From: Octopus vulgaris
Taxonomy: Eukaryota
DNA length: 64,000 nucleotides
NCBI GenBank assembly: GCA_951406725.2
Contig: OX597815.1
Span: 196,478,001 to 196,542,000, forward strand
Reading direction: 5' to 3'
Below are positions 26,613 to 40,707 of the stretch, piece by piece. The translations under genes were made by a program, and so were the position numbers. Positions within the stretch are counted from its first letter, which is position 1. The number at the start of each line of letters is the position of its first letter. Below the pieces are notes generated by a model. The model searched no databases. It was not told the DNA's origin and saw nothing but the letters and a program-made list of their open reading frames with translations.

Positions 26613-26790
26613 CGCATGTATAATGGACCTTCAGCTAGTGAATTACTCCTGTACCTTTCCTTACCTACTTCCACCACTTTGTAACCCATCTTCCCCTGTT
26701 CTCTATTCTATCTGAACTTTCCTATCTCCTCCTCACACCTTTCCCACGCAATAGCCCTTCCCCCAGTGCTCTGCTTGTTACAACAATAAA

Positions 26791-26914
26791 TGGCCCTGGC
26801 GGAAGTAACATTAATTGTCTTGGGTTGTTCAATGTGCTTCAATTCATCAATAGACCATTTCTGTAAACTTATCAGTAATGTACCTAGAATGACCACCGGA
26901 AACAGCTGCAAGCC
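26791..26914 (+). ncRNA. Degenerate hammerhead-like motif with long loop II
   Basis: ggcc CUG(gcgga)...~100 nt...aaugaccaccg GAAA CAGCUG CA agcc; palindromic stem-III loop. Confidence 0.35.
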
Positions 26915-26967
26915 AAATTTACTCCATTAAAGGAATAATATATAATGACCTTTATATTTTACTCGTT

Positions 26968-27165
<198 letters not shown>

Positions 27166-28826
27166 GTCTTTCTTGGGAGGACTGACAATAATAAATACAC
27201 GCACTGGTTGAATATCTCTTCTTTATTGATATTCACTCTCGGTTATTGATCTAACCAACTAACTTGTCGATCATATGTTTTATGTGTTGGTTAAACAATC
27301 AAAGGTTGATTGTGAAAGCCATTTCATCGCTACACGTGTCTTCATTAACTTTCCCCCTCTCTTCAAGGTCTCCTTTGCGTCTCTCTGAGAATTACGCTTA
27401 TGCTTGTGCATATATAAGCATGTATGTCTGTATGTAGATGTGTGGCTGCATGTAAGGGAAGGAATGGATGAGTGTAAAAGAAGCATGTCTGCTTGTACGT
27501 GTGCGTGTGAGCATGAGCGTAGGATTTGCGTGCCTATTGGTATGTATATCTGCGAGTTTGTGAGCACTGGACATCCATAACCTCTTTCATGATTCGGCCC
27601 TTTGCTTAAAGCTCGGCGTCATATCTGCAGGATTTGCTTGTCGACCCGTACAGATTTATGGGTGAAAATCCTTATGCCTGTGTATGTGTGTGTGCATGTG
27701 CGTTTGCTTGTGTGTGTATTTGTGTGCGAGTGTGTGTGATTGCGTGTGCGAGTGTTTGTGGGTGGTCTCGCATCCGTGTTGGAGTAACTGAGTCAGTCAT
27801 GTACATGTATATGTCCGTATGGATGAAAGCTTACGTGTGTGAGTTACAGTACATGTGTGGGCGTATATACGTGTGCGTGTGCTGTAGCTGGGTTTCTTGT
27901 TAGTTGGTGTTTGTCTGTATGTATGCATGTGAGCGTTATTTGTGCATGTGTGTGTCGTCTATATATATAAATGCGTGTGTATACACTGTATATAAAAGAA
28001 TGTTGTGAAGCTGTTCAATCCATGTTACGCATGTTTCAGTGGCAAGACATTTTATTGATTACATGTGTATTACGTCAAACAAATTTCTACCACATCTACA
28101 GAGCACGAAACTGCCCAGGTAGCAGAGAGCCATGCACTAAATGGAATAATATCATTAACTATCGTGAAATCAATGTAATTAATTATTGTAACAAATATAA
28201 CGGAAGCATTAATACCGCTCAACCACTTTGCCACAAACCTTGGAATCGAACATATTTCGTCTTTTCAATTCTACAAAGAGCAACAAAAAGTTTTAATATT
28301 TTCAAATGCAAACTTTTATCAATAACTCAGCATGAAGTGAATTACTTTTGCCATTGTATTATACATACAACCGGCATATCCAGGTTACATTTATTATCTT
28401 TCCACACAAGCTACATTGAAATTAAACATAACGTATTTCCGTATTATTAAACAAATATCTAACAATTATAGATATTTTCTCTTCCTACAGACTTTTGAGA
28501 TTCTGACATTACTTCAGATCCTTCAGGTGAAAGCTATTACTATATTCTCAGACTTTATCTAGATATTTGTGTCTTCTTCAGTGAAGATAACTGCAATCAT
28601 TTCATGCCGGCTGAAAATGTTTTCTCGTTTGCCAGAGGTATTGCGTAGCAGAATCTTGCTGGTGGGAGTGTGAATATTGTGACTTATGCAATGTGTGCAT
28701 ATTGAATTCAATATCATGTATTATTCAGAATGGAAATAGCCAAATAGCAATAATTATGTCTCAAGCGATTCTGTTTCTATGTATGTATGTAAATCAAAAT
28801 AAGCAACAAAGATATCCAGAGGTAAT

Positions 28827-28920
28827 GCAGTACGATCGTTTCAAGCGACTTCACTTAATTGAATAATGCAATCATTACATTAATTTAAAATGTAGAGCAA
28901 TTTCCAGCCTTTAATCACCT
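28827..28920 (-). ncRNA. Degenerate hammerhead-like motif with long loop II
   Basis: Minus strand: GUGAUUA AAGGCU...AGUCGCUU GAAA CGAUCG UA CUGC. Confidence 0.3.
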
Positions 28921-29319
28921 TATTTAAAATCGTATGGATAATACCATACTAAATTATGGTGCCTCAACTTAGGTACCATATTCATCTGAATCTAAATTTT
29001 TTACTGAACTCATCTACCATATCGAGGTATGAATATATGTATGTATTTACTTATGCATGTATGTATGTATGTATATATGCATGCGTGTATGTTTGTACAT
29101 TTGTATATATTTATTTGTATGTATGATTTTTCATTGATTTTAATTGAAATTCTTGAGAAAATTTCAAGCTGGTTGCGAACAGATCAAAATGGCTTTTTGA
29201 GTTGAGAAAATTCCGGGTGTTTGCAAATTTATGGTTGAATTGGTGTTTGCTGAACTGTTAATGCGTACACCCAACAGTGTGCATTTATTCACATGAGAAT
29301 CTCACATAGAAAGGGTTTG

Positions 29320-29655
29320 GAACATCTTAAAAATTTTCGCCGTGCCCTTGATATATTGGATTCGGAGAATCCTCGTCAGTCACTTTTAATCTTTTACCGT
29401 GGCACTGAGTATTTCTAGTTTAATTTTTATTTACTCTTTATTCTTAATCTTTTACATGTTTTAGTCATTTGAATCTAGCCATGCTGGAGCACCCCCTTTA
29501 GTCGATCAAGCAAATCGACCCCAGCACTTAATTCTTTGTAAGCCTACTACTTATTCTATCGGTCTTTTTTGCCGAACCGCTAAGTTACGGGGACGTAAAC
29601 ACACCAGCTTCTGTTCTCAAGTGATGTTAGACGGACAAACACAGAACCACACACA

Positions 29656-29696
<41 letters not shown>

Positions 29697-30715
29697 ACAT
29701 ATATATATATATATACATATAACGACGGGCATTTTTCAGTATCCATCTATCAAATCCACTCACAAGGATTTGGTCGGCCCGAGGCCATAGTAGAAGACAG
29801 TTGCCCAAGGTGCCACGCAGTGGGACTGAACCTAGAACCAATTGGCTGGTAAGCAAGATACTTACCGCACAGCCACTCCTAAGCTTATTCATTTATTACA
29901 AATTTGTTGCAACATAACCTAATGCACCTATCATGATAGGTACAGATGAGAATCCATAGTCATTGCACAAGTGATGTAGATTACGCAGTAAATCGTCATA
30001 AATATTCTGTTTTCCTGGACATTTGACTGTGCTATCAGATCAGCTGCGCAGTTGATCTATACACCGGTGCATGAATATTGTTCCCTGTCACACAGATCAA
30101 TATATTAAGTCTATTATATTTGCACTGAATAAATGTTTTTATTAGTGTTCAACCAGTTTTTCTTGTTTTTAATGTTGTCATTACCTGCTTGTTCTGACAT
30201 GCCTTTTATGTATGCGTCAGAAAGTCATTCCTGCGGATAGCATTGTAAATAGTCTTTGGAATTATATGATGCCTCTGGGATGGGTAGTATCTCGTAGACA
30301 TTTTGGAGTAACTGATGATGAAGTAGGCGATAACTTCCACCCTGGTTCAGCAAATCCGACTTTTGTTATGAACAACGTGGATACTTGACTGTATCTTTGT
30401 CTCTACTCTTTATCAGATATTCGGTAGCTTTCTTCTGTTCCGAGATAGTGAAGGCATATCTTGCTAAGTGGGTTGTAATGTATCTATCGCAGGTCCAGAA
30501 AAGCCTACTCTTCTTGTCAATGCTGTTGCTGTCATCTAGCTTAGGGGTTATGTACCCATATATTGCTTTTGTTGGTAAGGTGCCCGCTTCTCCTCCAGGC
30601 TTCTGATTCGGTAGACCAGTTCAGCCTCCATTGGGTCGCACCAGAGAGCTGTAGCCCCAGAGAACATGCAGAGTAGCTCTTCTACAACTCTGAAGATGTT
30701 GGTCTCACTTCTGCT
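29320..30715 (-). mobile_element. R4/NeSL-like RLE LINE 3' part, degenerate, with nested SINE A
   Basis: Minus-strand peptides EQKKATEYL, SKMSTRYY, IPKTIYNAIRR, IYDDLLRNL, VPIMIGALGYV; continues beyond the SINE (GTAKIFK). Confidence 0.7.
29430..29880 (-). mobile_element. SINE family A
   Basis: Family A head, internal CA/TA repeat and tail. Confidence 0.9.
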
Positions 30716-30825
30716 TGTATGTATGTATGCATGTATGTGTGAATGTATGTATATATGTGTGTATGTATGTATGCACATATGCCTGAATGTATTTATGTAT
30801 GCATATATGTATTTATGTATGCATA

Positions 30826-31943
30826 TATGCCTTCAGAACGTCCAACGACGGAGTGTTCCTCCACACCAGGGCTGATGGTGGATTGTTCAACCTTGCGCGC
30901 CTCAGAGCTAAGACCAAAGTCCGCCAGGTGCTGATCAGAGAGATCCTCTTTGCTGACGATGCCGCCCTAACATCACACAACCAACCGGGTCTCCAGAGGC
31001 TGGTCAGCTCCCTGGCGGATGCCTGCCAAGAGTTCGGCCTTACCATCAGCCTGAAAAAGACAGAGATCATGGGCCAGGACGTCAGAGGGGTCCCCAGCAT
31101 CAGTGTCGGCGACCACAGCTTGCAGGTAGTGAACGAGTTCACTTACCTGGGATCGACGGTCTCCAGCAGCCTGTCCCTCGAGCTGGAGCTGAACAGACGG
31201 ATTGGGAAGGCTGCTGCTGCCATGGCTAAGCTCTCCAGGAGAGTGTGAGAAAACAACATGCTCACAATAACCACCAAGATCGCAGTGTACCGAGCCTGCG
31301 TGCTGAGCACCCTACTCTACGGCAGTGAGAGCTGGACAACATACACCTGGCAGAAATGCCGCCTCAGCGGCTTCCACATGCGGTGTCTTCGACGGATCCT
31401 TGGCATCTCCTGGAAGGACCGAGTACCAAACGGAGTCATCCTAGAACAGACTAATATGCCAAGCATGCATGCCCTCCTCGTGCGGAGACGACTGCGCTGG
31501 CTCGGACACGTCTGCCGCATGCAGGGCGGTCGCATGCCTAAAGACATCCTGTACAGCGAACTCACCACGGGATCCCGACCCAAGGGACGTCCACAGCTAC
31601 GATACAGGGATGCCAACATCTGTGTGGACCTGAGGACTGCCAACATCTGTGTGGACACGTGGGAGGAAACAGCTGCTGACCGCTCTGCCTGGCGTCGGAC
31701 GGTGAGGAAAGGCGTTTCCATGGCTGAGGAAAGGAGAGCACAGCTGTGGTTGGACAGGCGAGACAGGAGGAGGACAACTGCAGCAACACCCCACACGTAC
31801 CCATCGATGTTCGTGTGCAGCAACTGTACCAAGGACTGCCACTCTAGAATTGGACTGTTCAGTCACAGCAGACGCTGCTCATCATCAAAGTAGGCCCCAC
31901 CCTTGGCGCGACCCATTGACTATCAAGACAGACGGGGAGAAGA
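30826..31943 (+). mobile_element. RTE (BovB-like) LINE 3' part with one in-frame stop
   Basis: GLFNLARL, ILFADDAAL, FTYLGS, LLYGSESWT, RRLRWLGHV, C..C...SRIGLFSH; ORFs 30787-31248 and 31258-31893 share a frame. Confidence 0.95.
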
Positions 31944-32060
31944 GATATGTAAGCATGTATGTATATATCATGTGTGTGTTGATATTGATTTGTGCATTTC
32001 TCTCATTCTCACTCTCTCTCTCTTTCTCTCTCTATGTATATATATATGTATATATATATA

Positions 32061-32180
32061 TCACGTGATCACGTGACCGACCAGGCTATCAGATGTTGCT
32101 ATACATCGCTGGTCACAATGCACTTCGCATTGCTTTAGCCTTCAAATGACGCCACCCTGCTGGCTAAGCGAGCAGGCCAA
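32061..32180 (-). mobile_element. 3' tail of SINE variant D
   Basis: Nearly identical to 63826-63944; embedded in (TA)n. Confidence 0.8.
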
Positions 32181-32186
32181 TATATA

Positions 32187-32232
<46 letters not shown>

Positions 32233-32279
32233 TTGAATGCATGCATATATACATAATATACTTATATGTGTTGCCTTCA

Positions 32280-32610
32280 AGTGCACAGTGCACAGTGCAC
32301 ATCAAGGCAACACAGCAGAACAGCGGCAACCTTAGAATCTCTGAGGCCATCCTCATACACCAAAAGAAACCTAAGATCAAAATAGAAATGAATTACAGGA
32401 AGCTAAATCGTTGCTATAGCAACACCATTCCGTGCATGTCTACTCCACACACGCTCACACACGCACGTCGGCAACAATCGTCAATTTCTTGAAAATGGGG
32501 TCACAACCCCGAAATGTTGAATACTAGGTAAGTCTACATGAATTCACTTATTCGTTCTCTTGTAATTTACCTTGCATTTACTTCGCATTGTTTTTGGCCT
32601 TACCCACAAT
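32280..32610 (+). mobile_element. Penelope-like 3' fragment (endonuclease C-terminus plus pLTR)
   Basis: LRISEAILIHQKKPKI followed by a hammerhead-like motif at 32484-32523. Confidence 0.65.
32484..32523 (+). ncRNA. Hammerhead motif with U3:A8 core variant
   Basis: uuc UUGAAAA U GGGGU-caca-ACCCC GAAA UG UU gaa. Confidence 0.55.
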
Positions 32611-32736
32611 CCTTTATACAATTTGCATATATATATATATATATATATCATTGCGTCTGGAGAGTCATGATGCCATAATATCTAACATGTATTCGCATAA
32701 AGAATCTTGCAAACTAGATATAAAAACAAAGTGTGT

Positions 32737-32779
<43 letters not shown>

Positions 32780-32890
32780 AATAGATATATAACCCACCAT
32801 ATAATATTGCCTTTACTCATATATATATATATATATCATCGGATAGTTGATGTTTTACTGATTTAAGTATGTTTCTCCATTCTCTAATTT

Positions 32891-32939
<49 letters not shown>

Positions 32940-33267
32940 CAGATATATATTATGTATGCGTGTGTGTGCTAATGTATGCATGTGTTGGAGGGCGCTGCAA
33001 GGTTCACGTTTCGCATTGCAGTTGCAACGAAAGTTTAGTGTCGTAAATCCTACAAACGTTTTTATTACATAGTTAGAAAGAAACGAATAGAATAGACAAG
33101 AATAGACAAGAATACCGTTGAAATATACGAGGAATAAATATATACGTAAATTCTATTAATATATATAAAATTCAAAATGGCAGATTAACAAATTGAAAAT
33201 ATAAACACCGATACGTTACGTTATAAGAAGGCGGAGAGCTGGCAGCATAGTTAGCGAGCTGGGCGAA

Positions 33268-33465
33268 GTTCCGAGAAAGGAACTTCATAGGAAAAAAATT
33301 CTTCTCTCTATATGGTGGGATTGCAAAGAAGTAATTCGCTTTGAATTGTTACCACCTAATGCAACAATCAATGTTCAAGTATACTGTTAGCAATTAGAGT
33401 GTTTGAACCAAGCTTTGAAGAAAAAAAAAACCGCTTCAGTGAATCGAAAAGGAGTGATGTTTCAA
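33268..33465 (+). mobile_element. Mariner transposase internal fragment joined to SINE B head (33228-33268)
   Basis: LHRKKILLSIWWDCKEVIRFELLPPNATINVQVYC*QL...NRKGVMF. Confidence 0.85.
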
Positions 33466-35269
33466 AAATCTACACGCAACCTTTTGCCTTGTGATCGTCT
33501 ACCACAATCATGCAAGTACCGAATTATCTGCACATATCCGACAATTTCTGCCTGTATTACGTAATGCAATATATATACGCTATTAAATACATCATCCTAT
33601 ATTTATGGTTTGCTAGGAAATGTTTATCTAAAAAAAGACATGGATTTCTAGCCTACATTGACTTCAATACATGGGGAGAAAGGTGGCGTATCATATTACT
33701 GCCTTAAGTCCACTTTTATGTTCATTTTTACGATTCATACATTTACTCTATATGTATATGCAAATTATGCATAGCTGAAAGAAGGCTCATTCCTTTTATA
33801 TATGTTTTCCCTCATTATTTAATTCCAGATCTGAAATTTTCAGCAAATACAAATATATGGATAACTTTCTTTGGTGAACTGGAGAACGACTACCTTCTCT
33901 GGATTGAGCAGCATTCTCGCAGACTTCAGGTAAAATTCCACTGATTTTTTCTAAAACTACTTTAATATACCTTCTACAGTGAAACTGGGCGTAACTCGGT
34001 TTTCTATTACTTTTCGTTTACATTGTCCCTTCAAATTCTTGCATCAACCTTCTCGTTTCCCTCTCGTGATTTCACATCTACCAGCACAGTGACTATCAAA
34101 TAGAAGAGATCATTTGCTCAGAGCCTGAGGTTTGATTGAAGCCACAAGGTACATTATAAAATCCTGCCTAGACATGTGTCTTCAAAGCAAGAAATTATTA
34201 GTAGCGCTTATCTTTATACTGTGTACATTAAATGATATTTACCTCAATGGATGGCGTGCATTTTTTGTTGATTTCACTTTAACGGAACCATAAACTATAT
34301 AAATACATATATGTATGTATGTGTGTGTATATGTGTTTGTCTCTGTTTGCGTATGTGCGTGTGTGTATAGGTTTGTATGATTCTATATACAGATGTATCT
34401 ATTAATATTTTATGTTAATATTTATTTCCTCTTTTAATTCCGGATGTTCAGATAAAACACCTGCTTGGAAATTATTCTATTCGAATTAATGTCCGTATTC
34501 TTACATGCGATGTACATTTTTACATGTACACAAAATGTATGTTCAACAACACACACCCATTTAACAAGCTATTTACTTTACTCATGCATTTATTGAACTA
34601 GCAGACACAATATTTACAGTTTTTTATTCCTGAACTAACAAATATATTTGAATTACACAAGCTTATACATACAAAGCGCAATTTGCATTTAACACGCAAG
34701 CATATTAACGACTCCATTATACGATACCGCTTTCAGATAGATATGTATGCACTCATAAACTCTTCAAAGCCTCACACACAGGCATCAATGCACAAACGGA
34801 AATCAATCCTCAATCTCTATCAAACACAATTTAGTTTTTCATGCACACGCATCCACAAAGCAAATTTCCTGTACGATACAGACATAAACTAACCACACGT
34901 AGACACGTATGCAAAAACACACACTTGAACATTTTTTCTACCCAGCACACAAAATTTCTGATGCAAACATTTATTAAATATCAACACCGCCATTTCTGAC
35001 AAAGGGCAACAATCCACATGAAGCTGAAAAACTTTAAATACCCTTTTCTCACCGCTCTGCTGTGTCACGCATTTCTAATGTCTCCAGTTAATCTCTTCAT
35101 TGAAGAGAAAAGTCTTACATCCGAAGCGTCAAAATCTATTGCTTTTCATTTATGCGTTAAAATAACACCTTATTCATCGCACATCATTCTTTACATAATT
35201 TTATGGCTCTGATATTGCAGACCATTTACAATGCATATATGCATGTCTGTCTCTCTATATATCTATCTA

Positions 35270-35493
<224 letters not shown>

Positions 35494-35579
35494 GTTTGTC
35501 TGTCTCCCAGTCTTTCTGTCTCTCTGTATGGAAGTATGTATGTATGTATGTCTATGCATACACACGCACATATATAAAT

Positions 35580-36720
35580 ATAGTCGGAATTTACAGTAAA
35601 CAAAGACCAAGAGAGGTGAGGGAACAACAAACAGTTCTATTGGTTTGACGCTCAGGAAAAGGGAAACGTCTACACTCTTCGATGGGATGAGAGGGGGGAA
35701 ATGGGGAGAGAAAAATGTTTAGGGTGTATGGTTTAACATTAGAAAGTGATCGGGGAGCAAGAGTCAGAATGAAAGGGAGATAATAATTGTGACACGGTTG
35801 AACTGACATGCACAAGCGCATATGTTTATGTACGAATGAGCGCGTAAAGCAGGTGAGCTCGTGTGTGCGTATGGGACCGAGTTTATGCATGTGTATATAT
35901 GTGAGACTGCGTATGGTGCGTGTTTGTGAGGCTATCAGGTGTATGGGTGTTTATTTGTGTGTGCACGTCTGTTGCAGCTAACGTGTAGTTGTTCGAGTAG
36001 TGTATGCACCTGTATGTGTGAGTGTGCAAGTGCACAACGTGTATATGTGGTCCTATGGTGTGTCTGTGTATCGAGAATGTTTATGTGCTAAAGTTGTCTG
36101 TGTTCATGTATGTTGTGTGCGTGCGTATATTGTCAGTATTCTTCGTATTGGACCCATGAGTATTGCCAGTGTTTTTAAGGGCGAATATTATGTGTTGTGG
36201 AGGAACGCATGGAGGTGCATAGAGAGATAGGTATGACAAAGGTTAGGGGAAGTGGGAAGGTTTGTGACAGGGCATGTGTATGTGAATATATGTGCATACA
36301 TGAATAGTAATGTGCGGTTTAAGTACTGCGTCGAAAAGTGTTCATGGGCGTTTTGTATAATCTTGTGTGGGGTAAGGGTAGAGAGTTTGCAGTCTGTAGG
36401 TTTGGAGGTAGAGGGGGAAGATCAGTTAAAGGTGGGAGGTGTGTGCGAATGTATGTAGGGCTGGTTTTAGATGAAGAGAGGTGATGCATCAATACGAAAA
36501 GGAGCAAAAGAATGAGGAGAGAAAATCAATTCTTGTTCACGGTGGAGGCGGGAATCCGGGTGGCCTCCGTGTAAAAACAGTCAGAACATAGACATATATT
36601 ATAGTTTAATGATTGGTTGAAAGGAAGTAGTGAGAGACTGGAGTGTCGTTTCCCTGTTTGATGGCTCGGAGTTATTCAGTGAACCGGTCAATTAAGTGGT
36701 GCCCCGTTTAGCCCAATATA
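35580..36720 (-). mobile_element. Penelope-like (Neptune-type) remnant with long CA-rich 3' region and family E pLTR end
   Basis: Minus strand LYIG...DRFTE*LRAIK...PVSHYF...REQELIF; 35580-35690 matches 57761-57900 with the ribozyme partly deleted. Confidence 0.7.
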
Positions 36721-37200
36721 CAGGCGTGGCTGTGTGGGACTGGCACAGGCGTTGCTGTGTGGGATTGGCGCAGGCGTTGCTGTGTGAGGCAGGCGCAGGC
36801 GTGGCTGTGTGATAAGAAGCTTGCTTCCCATCCACATGGTTCAGGGTTCAGTCCCACTGCATGGCAACTTGGGCTGGTGTCTTCTAATACAGCCTCACGC
36901 CGACCAAAGCCATGTGACTGGATTTGGTAGACAGAAACTGAAAGACGCTCGTTGTTCGAGCATATATATACATACATACATATATATCGTGTGTGTGTGC
37001 TTGTCCTCTACCATCGATTAACAACCGATGGTGGTGTGTTTACGCTCCGCTAATCTAACGGTTCGGCAAAAGTGATCAATGGAATAAATACTAGGCTTAC
37101 AAATAATACGTCTTGGGGTCGATACGTTCGACTAAACCTGTTGGTCACCATGACCACAGTTAAATCACTGAAACCAATAAAATAGAAAGAATAAAATAAT
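36721..37200 (+). mobile_element. SINE family A with tandemly repeated 5' end
   Basis: Four ~25-bp units ggcgcaggcgtggctgtgtg, the last running into the body. Confidence 0.85.
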
Positions 37201-37206
37201 ATACGT

Positions 37207-37285
<79 letters not shown>

Positions 37286-37989
37286 CATATACATATGTAT
37301 TTTAATGTGAATTAGAAGCAGTTTAAATTATATAGACAAAGTGCAATCAATGCCTTCGGTGAAAATACACCCGAAAGTAGATCATAGCCAAGTGAGACAA
37401 CTCACACCAGATCCTTATTTTTGAAGCGACAGACATCGTTGTTTTGTCATTGTTGTGACTTCTCAATGCCTCTTACCGATCAAAGGCTTTTGCTGTCTAA
37501 CGGGCTATGAGTATATTGTAAAATGGTTTAAGAACCATCTGCTGGCATGTCCCTACATGTCATGGCATGGAAAAAATTCAAAAGGCCAGTTAGAGAGTTA
37601 GACAGCTCACAGCAGATCCCTCTGTTTGGAACGCATATAAAATGCAGCCGCCAGAAAAACGAACACTACACACACCTGGAGCATGTGTGTTCGACTTTTA
37701 TATATTGGCTTCAGGCGCAGATTTGCCGGCTGGTTAAGAAATTCACTCATGAGATGTATCGATCCAAACGCATAGAATATTGGATAAATAATATCGCCTA
37801 TATACATTGGTCAACTCATGCATTGTGATCGAAATTATGCATGCGGAAAACTGAATAGAAATATTTATAAATGTCTGTACTTTCGTATGTGTATACGCAT
37901 GCTTGTATGTTCATAAACTATTTACTATATTTACCTGGGTGTATTTACTTTATGCATGCATACATATTCATATAGATAGATAAATAGAT

Positions 37990-38125
37990 TGATACATACA
38001 TTCTTACATACATACATACATACATACATGCATACATACATACATACATACATACATACATACATACATACATACATACATACATACATACATACATACA
38101 TACATACATACATACATACATACAT
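37990..38125. repeat. (CATA)n microsatellite
   Basis: Direct reading. Confidence 0.97.
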
Positions 38126-38154
38126 TTGTATGCGTGCATGTGTCTATGTATTAA

Positions 38155-39069
38155 CCAGGGAGTACCCAAAAGTAACCGAAATTTAGCAATATTATTTTAA
38201 TCACCAAATTTTACATACTTACACTTTAATCGCCTTCAAAGTATTCTTCATTTGAAGTAATGCATCGGTCTACAAGCGTTTTCCACTTTTGGAAGCAGTG
38301 CTGGTAACTTGTGAATTGATGCCTATTAACGACGTCCCCGTCTTTTTATTTTTTTGTTTACCTCTTCCACTTCTGCAAATACCGTAGAACCAGATTTCCT
38401 CCCCAATGACGACCTTCGAAAAACAAGGTCTGGATCAACTTTCAACTGCTGTTATAGTTCACGACTTGCATTCAAGTTGTAACTGCTTTTGACCTTCCGC
38501 AAGCAAGCGAATCTCAAAATTTCCTGCAACTCTTTTTCCTTCGCAATTCATCGCTCTAAATTCATCTGCAGGAGTTCCAGGAGACACTTTCATATCAATA
38601 AGTTCGTCAATCGTTCGGCGACAGTCCTCCAAGATCAGTTCGTGAATTTCCGTGACGTTTTCACTCGCTTGAGATGTCGATGGTAGCCTTGAACGAGGTT
38701 GGTCTTCAACTGACTTGTTACCACTTCTAAAACGTGAAAGACACTCATAAACTTGTCTTTCGCTCATGGCTGTGGCCTTTTAAGTTGTTTGAATCATGGC
38801 AACTATTTCAGCCGCAGTTTTCCCCTGCAGAAAAGAGAATTTCACGGAAGCGCGCTGCTCCATCGTTTCAGCCATCGAAAATATCGACGAACACAGGAGA
38901 ACCACTACAAAACAAAGACGCACCAATGGTAGTATGACCATATCGAGCAACACCAGTCGGCAGACTGATGGCTGAAGATCGCATCAAGTGGCTTCTAGCA
39001 GCGGAAACCTGAACTACAACGAGCTTGTCTCACAGATGATGTTACCGGTTACTTTTGGGTACCTCCTCG
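38155..39069 (-). mobile_element. Internally deleted mariner transposon
   Basis: TIRs ...gtacccaaaagtaacc / ggttacttttgggtacctcctcg+TA; MSERQVYE...SVEDQPRS...RRTIDEL and C-terminal EYFEGD*. Confidence 0.88.
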
Positions 39070-39728
39070 TATAGAGAGCGTTGTATGTATACGTATGTAA
39101 TACAGTAAAAAAAATGCTGCTATATGTCAGCAGAATACAGATTTCTGAAAAATATCAAGGAAAAAAGAAGGAAGACAAAAAACGAAATCTGTCTTCCCTC
39201 ATATTATGTTACTACGCATTTAAAATCTCGTTGTGAAAAGAAATAGAAGGAGAGCATTGAAATAATCCTCCTTTTGATCTTTGCCAACGTTCTTAACCTC
39301 GCAATATCGGAATATTCCATAGAATGCCTTGTTGATTTAACTTGCGTTCTCCTACTTTCCTTCACTGATTTCCAATCTGCATACGCCTAGCGTAAATACA
39401 ATTTTTTTTTTCATGCTACACTACGTACTGTTTATTCAAACAAAGATATTAAAGCAAATACTCATAAATATATGTAGTTGGCTAATACGTTTTCGTAAAT
39501 CAGAAATGCAGCCGTTCGTTATTCTATTCTCTTATTAAGTAATAGTACAATGTGGATATAATTTTTGTGTAGCATTATTAATTCTTTCTAACAATAAATC
39601 CTGGATAACAATCGTTTTCTAGATTGTTTTTCTAGATTATTTTTCTACAATAGAATGTTGTACAACGTAAATCCGATCAATGAAATGAATAAGCTTTCAT
39701 GAGACAAAATATATTATAGTATATCATA

Positions 39729-40285
39729 CTAGCATCAAAGCCGAACTCCGTGCAGACTTTTACGTTGGCTCCTGCGGAGGGATAATTAGGTCTGCAGCCC
39801 CAAGCGAGCTGGAGATAAATGGTATGACTATTATATATCTATAACGATTACATGTCCCGGTGGTGTTTGATCTGAGGCTAAGGACGGATGAGAATTAATT
39901 CTGTAATGCAATCATTCCATTGTTTCAGTTCCCAGTTGAATTCCAGCCATTGGCCAATTCGTCCCAAACTTCTTATCTCGACGTAAAATATACGAAACGA
40001 ATGTCATTTATCTCCCCCTTGATATCTGACGTCACGTGACAAACACCAAACACGAAGGCGTAAATCATCCAACACTTACCTGATAGAATAAGCAACCCAA
40101 ATGCTTTTAAAACAGATCCCAATACTGAATCTTCAATAACAAAATGAAGTGCAAATTTTCAATCCCGGGATCATCCGGATTCCAAAAATATATAGCGTGT
40201 CTATGTAGAGCAAATGTAGACTGAGATAGAGAGGTCCAGACGGACAGACAGAATTTCGCTTTTATTGTTATATATTATTATAGAT
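39729..40285 (-). mobile_element. Non-autonomous Helitron
   Basis: A|CTAG at 39729-39732 next to an imperfect hairpin; gacggacagacag...ttttattgttatata end as at 12538-13045. Confidence 0.6.
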
Positions 40286-40414
40286 TATATTATATATCAT
40301 ATAATTTATTATATAGATTATATTACATTATATTATATTATATCATATTATATTATATTCTATTATATTATATTTTATTATATTATATTATTTTATATTA
40401 TAGAGCACAAGGAG

Positions 40415-40550
40415 GGTAATTCGGTGAACGAGTTAAATCGAATACATCGACACGAGTGCTCAAGTGGAACTTATTTTATCGACCCTGAAAAATGAATATT
40501 ACAGTCTACTACGACGGAATTTGCACTCAGAACGTAAAGACAGTTGAAAT
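40415..40550 (-). mobile_element. SINE family B partial, diverged
   Basis: ttattttatcgaccctgaa and ggaatttgcactcagaacgtaaagac. Confidence 0.65.
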
Positions 40551-40644
40551 GAGTCTATCAACTTCTCTTATACATACATACATACTTACGCTCACAAACA
40601 TACACACATGCACACTCACATTTACACTCTCACACACGCGCGTC

Positions 40645-40707
<63 letters not shown>

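Noticed and set aside
27971-28450. 159-aa ORF
   Set aside because: AT-rich, no recognisable motif or splice context; probably chance
36721-36812. CRISPR-like repeat-spacer pattern
   Set aside because: Spacers are only 5 nt, the repeat is a SINE head, the context is eukaryotic and there are no cas genes
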